Assembly: GCF_000315625.1 (NCBI RefSeq) | Contig: NW_005434537.1 | Span: forward strand, 1-64,000 | Length of the DNA stretch: 64,000 bases | Source of the DNA: Guillardia theta CCMP2712 | Lineage: Eukaryota > Protista > Cryptophyta | Direction: 5' to 3' | In this document: piece by piece, positions 58,750 through 64,000 of the stretch | How positions within the stretch are numbered: the first letter of the stretch is position 1 | Layout: the number at the start of each line of letters is the position of its first letter | The notes under the pieces: model-generated | What the model was told of the DNA's origin: nothing | Databases searched by the model: none | Seen by the model: the letters and a program-made list of their open reading frames with translations, nothing else | Translations under genes and position numbers: made by a program

Positions 58750-61526
58750 CATAGCGTTGTCGGGTCAAGGAACTTGCTGACAATTGGGATTTGTACCAGA
58801 TCCAGGCATTTTCCAGTACAAAATTGTGTGTGAGTAAAAAATCGAAGGATTGGAAGGTTTGAAAATCCATTTCCAGCGCTGCACGTTCAACGGCAACCGG
58901 GGGTAATTGAGAGCTTAGATAAGTAAACAGTTGTTCCTATTGCCTTTGCATAGGATCACTTGGCCCTTGTATAGTGGAGTAATGATTTGTACCAGAACCT
59001 GATGGGTAGGCGTGGTAGTAATTCAAATGATTTGAACCCAACGGACGCGACACTGAGGGGGGTGGGGGGTACAGGTCTTGGTCTGGTACTGTAATGGGTA
59101 CCTTTTAAAATACATTTAGCAGAGGGGGTCTCCCTCCCCATCTCCCTGCCCTCCGCACTTGCGCATCCCTATCCTTCCCTGTCCATGAGTCTCAGACTCT
59201 CGTCAGACCTTCCCTGATGACCCTCAACTTTCTTTGACGCTTCTGTCTGCCTTGTCCTTCCTCAACTTGCTGGAAATTCAAACTCTGAAACCATGCCCAT
59301 GAGTTGACAAGCACTGAGTTTCTCAGTTTGAATGCGGGAGGAAAGATGATTCATGGAATGAAACTCAGTGGTTCATATTTCAAGCTGATAGATACGAGTC
59401 GTATAGCACTGGCTTATGACTGTCATTTTACTTCTCAATGATACAGCATCAAGAACTTGCTCTCGATCCATCAGTACTTGCAAAGGGTCATTTTTCAGAC
59501 AGAACTTCGAGTTCATCTTTATTTTGCGTCGATCCACACGATGACATCTGTTTGATACACTATGTTTGATGAATATCAAGAAAGAGGCTGAACTGTGCAC
59601 CGCTTGACTGAATTTTCTACAATACTCTTCAATTGTGTAAGAGAGCATGTCACATGTAATCATACCAGGCAAACAAGTCACAGTATCGCTCCAAACCGCG
59701 TTGTGCTTGAAACTGAGACTCTACATGAAGATGTTATCGGACTAGTCGAATGATGTACAACTTTATGGTGATACGTGGTTTAGAACTGTTGCAAAGCGGA
59801 CATGGGAATATGTAGCGGCCTAGGTGATGTTTTCAACGTACTTCAATAAAACAAAGCCAAGTTGTTGCTAACAACATCATCATTTCTCCATGAGCCTGCA
59901 TGACCTGATGTACATGTTAGAGAAGTCGATGCTCATTCATCAAAAGAGTGGTTAGACAAGAAATTGGTAGATGCTTCTGCGCAGCATTCTTGTGTATGTG
60001 GAATCGTGCACACTCACCGTCGTGTGTATGTGGAATCGTGCACACTCACCGTCGATACATTGTCCTTATCATCTGGAATGGTTAACTTTCGCTGCAAGTA
60101 ATGGTTGGAATGCCGGCGATGCATTGCAGCCTGCATAGCACCTGAGCGCTTTGTTCCACTTATCGCTTGGTTCCTTTGTTCCACTTATCGCTTGGTTCCA
60201 AACAATTGATGATATCGCAGCATGCAACTCGCATTGGCCCAAGGGTGTCAAGCGAGGAAAAGATCAGGATGATGGAAGGGCGAGAATGCAGCGAATAAGA
60301 GAAGCTGTTCAGGCTCAGTTTACTTTGTGTAAGAAAATGCCAATGCGTTGTACATGTTAGGTCACAAAGAAAGAGGCAAGAAAGCTCAGGTATGAGACTC
60401 GAGAAGAAAGATTTATTCAAAAGGGTATGTCCATTTTCGTCTGCATGATTCAATCGGATCCAACATCAATTCATTGCTCCTGATACCATGTCAGTCTAGT
60501 CACAACAAAGATATCAGCACCTTGAAAATTTCTTGCTTCGACTCGAGGTGAAGGAAATGAAATATGATTTACAATGCTATAAGGGGTATCGTTTTGTCGC
60601 TCAAAGCGTCTTGATTGTAAGTCATGAAATAGAACACGACATGCAATCAATTTGCAAGTCATGCCTTCATGTGGTACCTCATCACTGCCATTTGATGAAT
60701 GCACTGGTATTCCTTGAAACTCTTTACATGCCTTGGCAATACTCTTGCATATTGCTCAGACCGCCCTCAAGCCCGACTCTTTGCAGCAGATTCCTATGAA
60801 ATAAGTATAGATCATGCTGTCTCCGTGACATGCTTCATGACTTCCTACTTATTGCTCATGAGAGTCAATGTCATCCATCGTACAGCGCCACTAGCGGACA
60901 GTCCGTGCGGAGTACTCCTTATTCAAGCTGCTAAAATCTATGATGATCAACCCTCTTTACATGTGTTTGCAATCACAGAGATGTTTTCAGACTGCTGCGC
61001 TCACACCAGATTCTGCAGGGATTGCCTCTGCTTGTCCTGGTCTGAGCTCTCCTGCTGCAGATGAGTCACGTCTGCGTAACACTCACTTGCTAACCTTGGA
61101 TATGCAACCAGGGAAGGGAAGGGGCAAGGCTTGAGAGCTCCCTCTGATCTACAAGGGTGGTCTATGTTGGTCGGAGGCAGGGTAGGGTCCAAAACTTGAC
61201 CCCATCGGAGAAGGGACTTTCACTGGGAAACAGGTGGGTCCAAAGCATCATAGTTTGAACAGGGGAGGTACCGCATAAACTATTTTGGTACAAGTTTTCC
61301 TAACAGTACTCGAATATGTACCATAAAATTGGTACTGTTGGTACAATTATTTGCTACCAGGAAGTACCCTACCCCCTTAAACAGGTCCCAACCAATTTGA
61401 ATCAGCTCCCAGCCGACTGACCCACCCCAGACCCCAACTGCCATTTGCTATTCACATATGTGGAAGGATACCCCCACAGAAAACTATTGGAAACCAGAGG
61501 GGTCAGTTGAGAGCGACAACGCTATG
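58750..61526. mobile_element. Non-autonomous/decayed DNA transposon-like element with 13-bp TIRs
   Basis: CATAGCGTTGTCG at 58750 and CGACAACGCTATG at 61514-61526; satellite resumes in register; no long ORF; internal tandem duplications near 59990-60054 and 60150-60200. Confidence 0.8.
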
Positions 61527-63193
61527 CCAGGGGGAAGAAAACCCGTGACCGGTCAGCGGACCGTGTCAGCAGGCCCGTGACATGTCAGCCGGCTGACAGG
61601 GGCCTTCAGCCCCGCCTCAGACCCCCTGGAGGCCCGCCAGGAGGCTAAGTGTCCGGAGATTGGCCGGGGGCCTGATCTCTCCGGGCGGCCGTGACCGGTC
61701 AGCGGACCGTGTCAGCAGGCCCGTGACATGTCAGCCGGCTGACAGGGGCCGTGACCCGGCTGACAGGCTCACCTGACCGGTCACGTGACACATCACGTGA
61801 CCGAGACAAGACTTTTTTATATCGCAGATCCAAAAACCCATAGGACATTTCTCCCAGGGGGAAGAAAACCTCCCTTGACCCCCCTGTTTCTCGACGGATC
61901 CTGCCGGCCGGGCCGGTCAGTAGACCGACTGCAGCCTTCAGCCCCGCCTCAGACCCCCTGGAGGCCCGCCAGGAGGCTAAGTGTCCGGAGATTGGCCGGG
62001 GGCCTGATCTCTCCGGGCGGCCGTGACCGGTCAGCGGACCGTGTCAGCAGGCCCGTGACATGTCAGCCGGCTGACAGGGGCCGTGACCCGGCTGACAGGC
62101 TCACCTGACCGGTCACGTGACACATCACGTGACCGAGACAAGACTTTTTTATATCGCAGATCCAAAAACCCATAGGACATTTCTCCCAGGGGGAAGAAAA
62201 CCTCCCTTGACCCCCCTGTTTCTCGACGGATCCTGCCGGCCGGGCCCGTCAGTAGACCGACTGCAGCCTTCAGCCCCGCCTCAGACCCCCTGGAGGCCCG
62301 CCAGGAGGCTAAGTGTCCGGAGATTGGCCGGGGGCCTGATCTCTCCGGGCGGCCGTGACCGGTCAGCGGACCGTGTCAGCAGGCCCGTGACATGTCAGCC
62401 GGCTGACAGGGGCCGTGACCCGGCTGACAGGCTCACCTGACCGGTCACGTGACACATCACGTGACCGAGACAAGACTTTTTTATATCGCAGATCCAAAAA
62501 CCCATAGGACATTTCTCCCAGGGGAAGAAAACCTCCCTTGACCCCCCTGTTTCTCGACGGATCCTGCCGGCCGGGCCCGTCAGTAGACCGACTGCAGCCT
62601 TCAGCCCCGCCTCAGACCCCCTGGAGGCCCGCCAGGAGGCTAAGTGTCGGAGATTGGCCGGGGGCCTGATCTCTCCGGCGGCCGTGACCGGTCAGCGGAC
62701 GTGTCAGCAGGCCCGTGACATGTCAGCCGGCTGACAGGGGCCGTGACCCGGCTGACAGGCTCACCTGACCGGTCACGTGACACATCACGTGACCGAGACA
62801 AGACTTTTTTATTATGATCGCAGATCCAAAAACCCATAGGACATTTCTCCCAGGGGGAAGAAAACCTCCCTTGACCCCCCTGTTTCTCGACGGATCCTGC
62901 CGGCCGGGCCGGTCAGTAGACCGACTGCAGCCTTCAGCCCCGCCTCAGACCCCCTGGAGGCCCGCCAGGAGGCTAAGTGTCCGGAGATTGGCCGGGGGCC
63001 TGATCTCTCCGGGCGGCCGTGACTCGGTGACCGGTCAGCGGACCGTGTCAGCAGGCCCGTGACATGTCAGCCGGCTGACAGGGGCCGTGACCCGGCTGAC
63101 AGGCTCACCTGACCGGTCACGTGACACATCACGTGACCGAGACAAGACTTTTTTATATCGCAGATCCAAAAACCCATAGGACATTTCTCCCAG
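61527..63193. repeat. 332-bp satellite, ~5 monomers, first one rearranged
   Basis: Same monomer; scrambled segment 61543-61605. Confidence 0.97.
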
Positions 63194-64000
63194 TGTCAGA
63201 GCTCATAGGAACCGAGCCCGAGTCAGACAAAGGCCTATGAGGATGAAAGGACAGTTGGCTGTCTCGTGCTCGTGTTCGAAGCTGACTTCTCCTGGATGAC
63301 CCAGGATACTCTACTCCAGTGTGAAGCTGCTGAAAGGACCCCTGTGGAGGCCTTTGTTGCAGCAACCGTGTACCCGTGGGGGACTTACAAGGTAAACAGA
63401 AGGGGTGCGTCTTGTGCAGTACGACCCGTTGGAAACAGCTTGCTGCCATGCAAGGACGGGGTTCTCTTCCCTGCGAGAGAGCATGGTATCCTCTCGAAGG
63501 TCAGAAGGGATGCTTGTCAACTTCCAAGAACAGGACACCCCTCCTTTCTGTAGCCAAGAGACGGCACCCCTGGCTCATTCCTCGAAGCTATAAAAGGATG
63601 AAACTCGTCAGAGCTAGGTGGTCCTCTTCCCCTTTCGTGTGTGTGCCACGATTGTTGAGACGTCTTTGTGTGTATCGTCTTGTCTTGTTTTGTGTGTGTG
63701 TGTGAAAGAAATAAAAGAGAGTTAGATCTCCTTCTGTTTCACCGCTTTCCCTCTTAGTAGAGAAATCCAACGTGAGTTCTTATTGAACTGCGCTTGAAGG
63801 TCCACTCGAGAATCTTCGAGGTGTGACATAAAATTGGTAGCAAGGTTGTGATCGGTGATAGAGATCGAGTCTTCTCTCTTCCCCTCCCTTTCTCCACTGT
63901 TCTTCTGCTTCTTCCTACGCTTACGTCGCGTAGATGTCCGGATACAATACTCGACTCGCAGCTCGCATGCTGGACGAGAATGCTACGGATACTTTGGAAC
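63194..64000 (+). mobile_element. LTR retrotransposon 5' end: LTR 63194-63828, PBS ~63835-63845
   Basis: TGTCA…TGACA termini, TATAAAA at 63589, AATAAA at 63710, TGGTAGCAAGG after a 6-nt spacer (initiator-Met-tRNA-like PBS). Confidence 0.8.

Noticed and set aside
50719-62440. Repeated 107-aa/77-aa ORFs (MTHHVTETRL…)
   Set aside because: Products of the GC-rich satellite with GTG/TTG starts, frequently frameshifted by G4/G5 variation; no coding signature

Overview
Eukaryotic genomic DNA in which a GC-rich ~332-bp tandem satellite (1-923, 50427-58749, 61527-63193) is interrupted by three separate insertions. (1) A ~49.5-kb, gene-dense, apparently intact fragment of a large DNA virus genome (924-50426). 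It carries a herpes-like HK97 capsid module (1258-aa major capsid protein, assemblin-type protease, two paralogous triplex-like proteins) plus eukaryote/giant-virus-like genes (TBP, AEP primase, dNMP kinase, Snf7/ESCRT-III, DcpS, C76-like deubiquitinase, GxxExxY nuclease, transglutaminase-like protein). This combination best fits an endogenised mirusvirus (Mirusviricota). (2) A 2.8-kb decayed TIR element with CATAG...CTATG ends (58750-61526). (3) The 5' LTR and PBS of an LTR retrotransposon (63194-end). All three insertions, and several deletions, hit the same short AT-rich segment of the satellite monomer. Inside the virus I see a 508-bp AT-rich palindrome with iterons at a G/C-skew switch (candidate origin or terminal junction), and a positionally constrained TATTTAA promoter box 27-46 nt upstream of 18 start codons, alongside a virus-encoded TBP that is truncated by the right junction. 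Family assignments come from motif recognition by eye; no database searches were run and the host cannot be identified.
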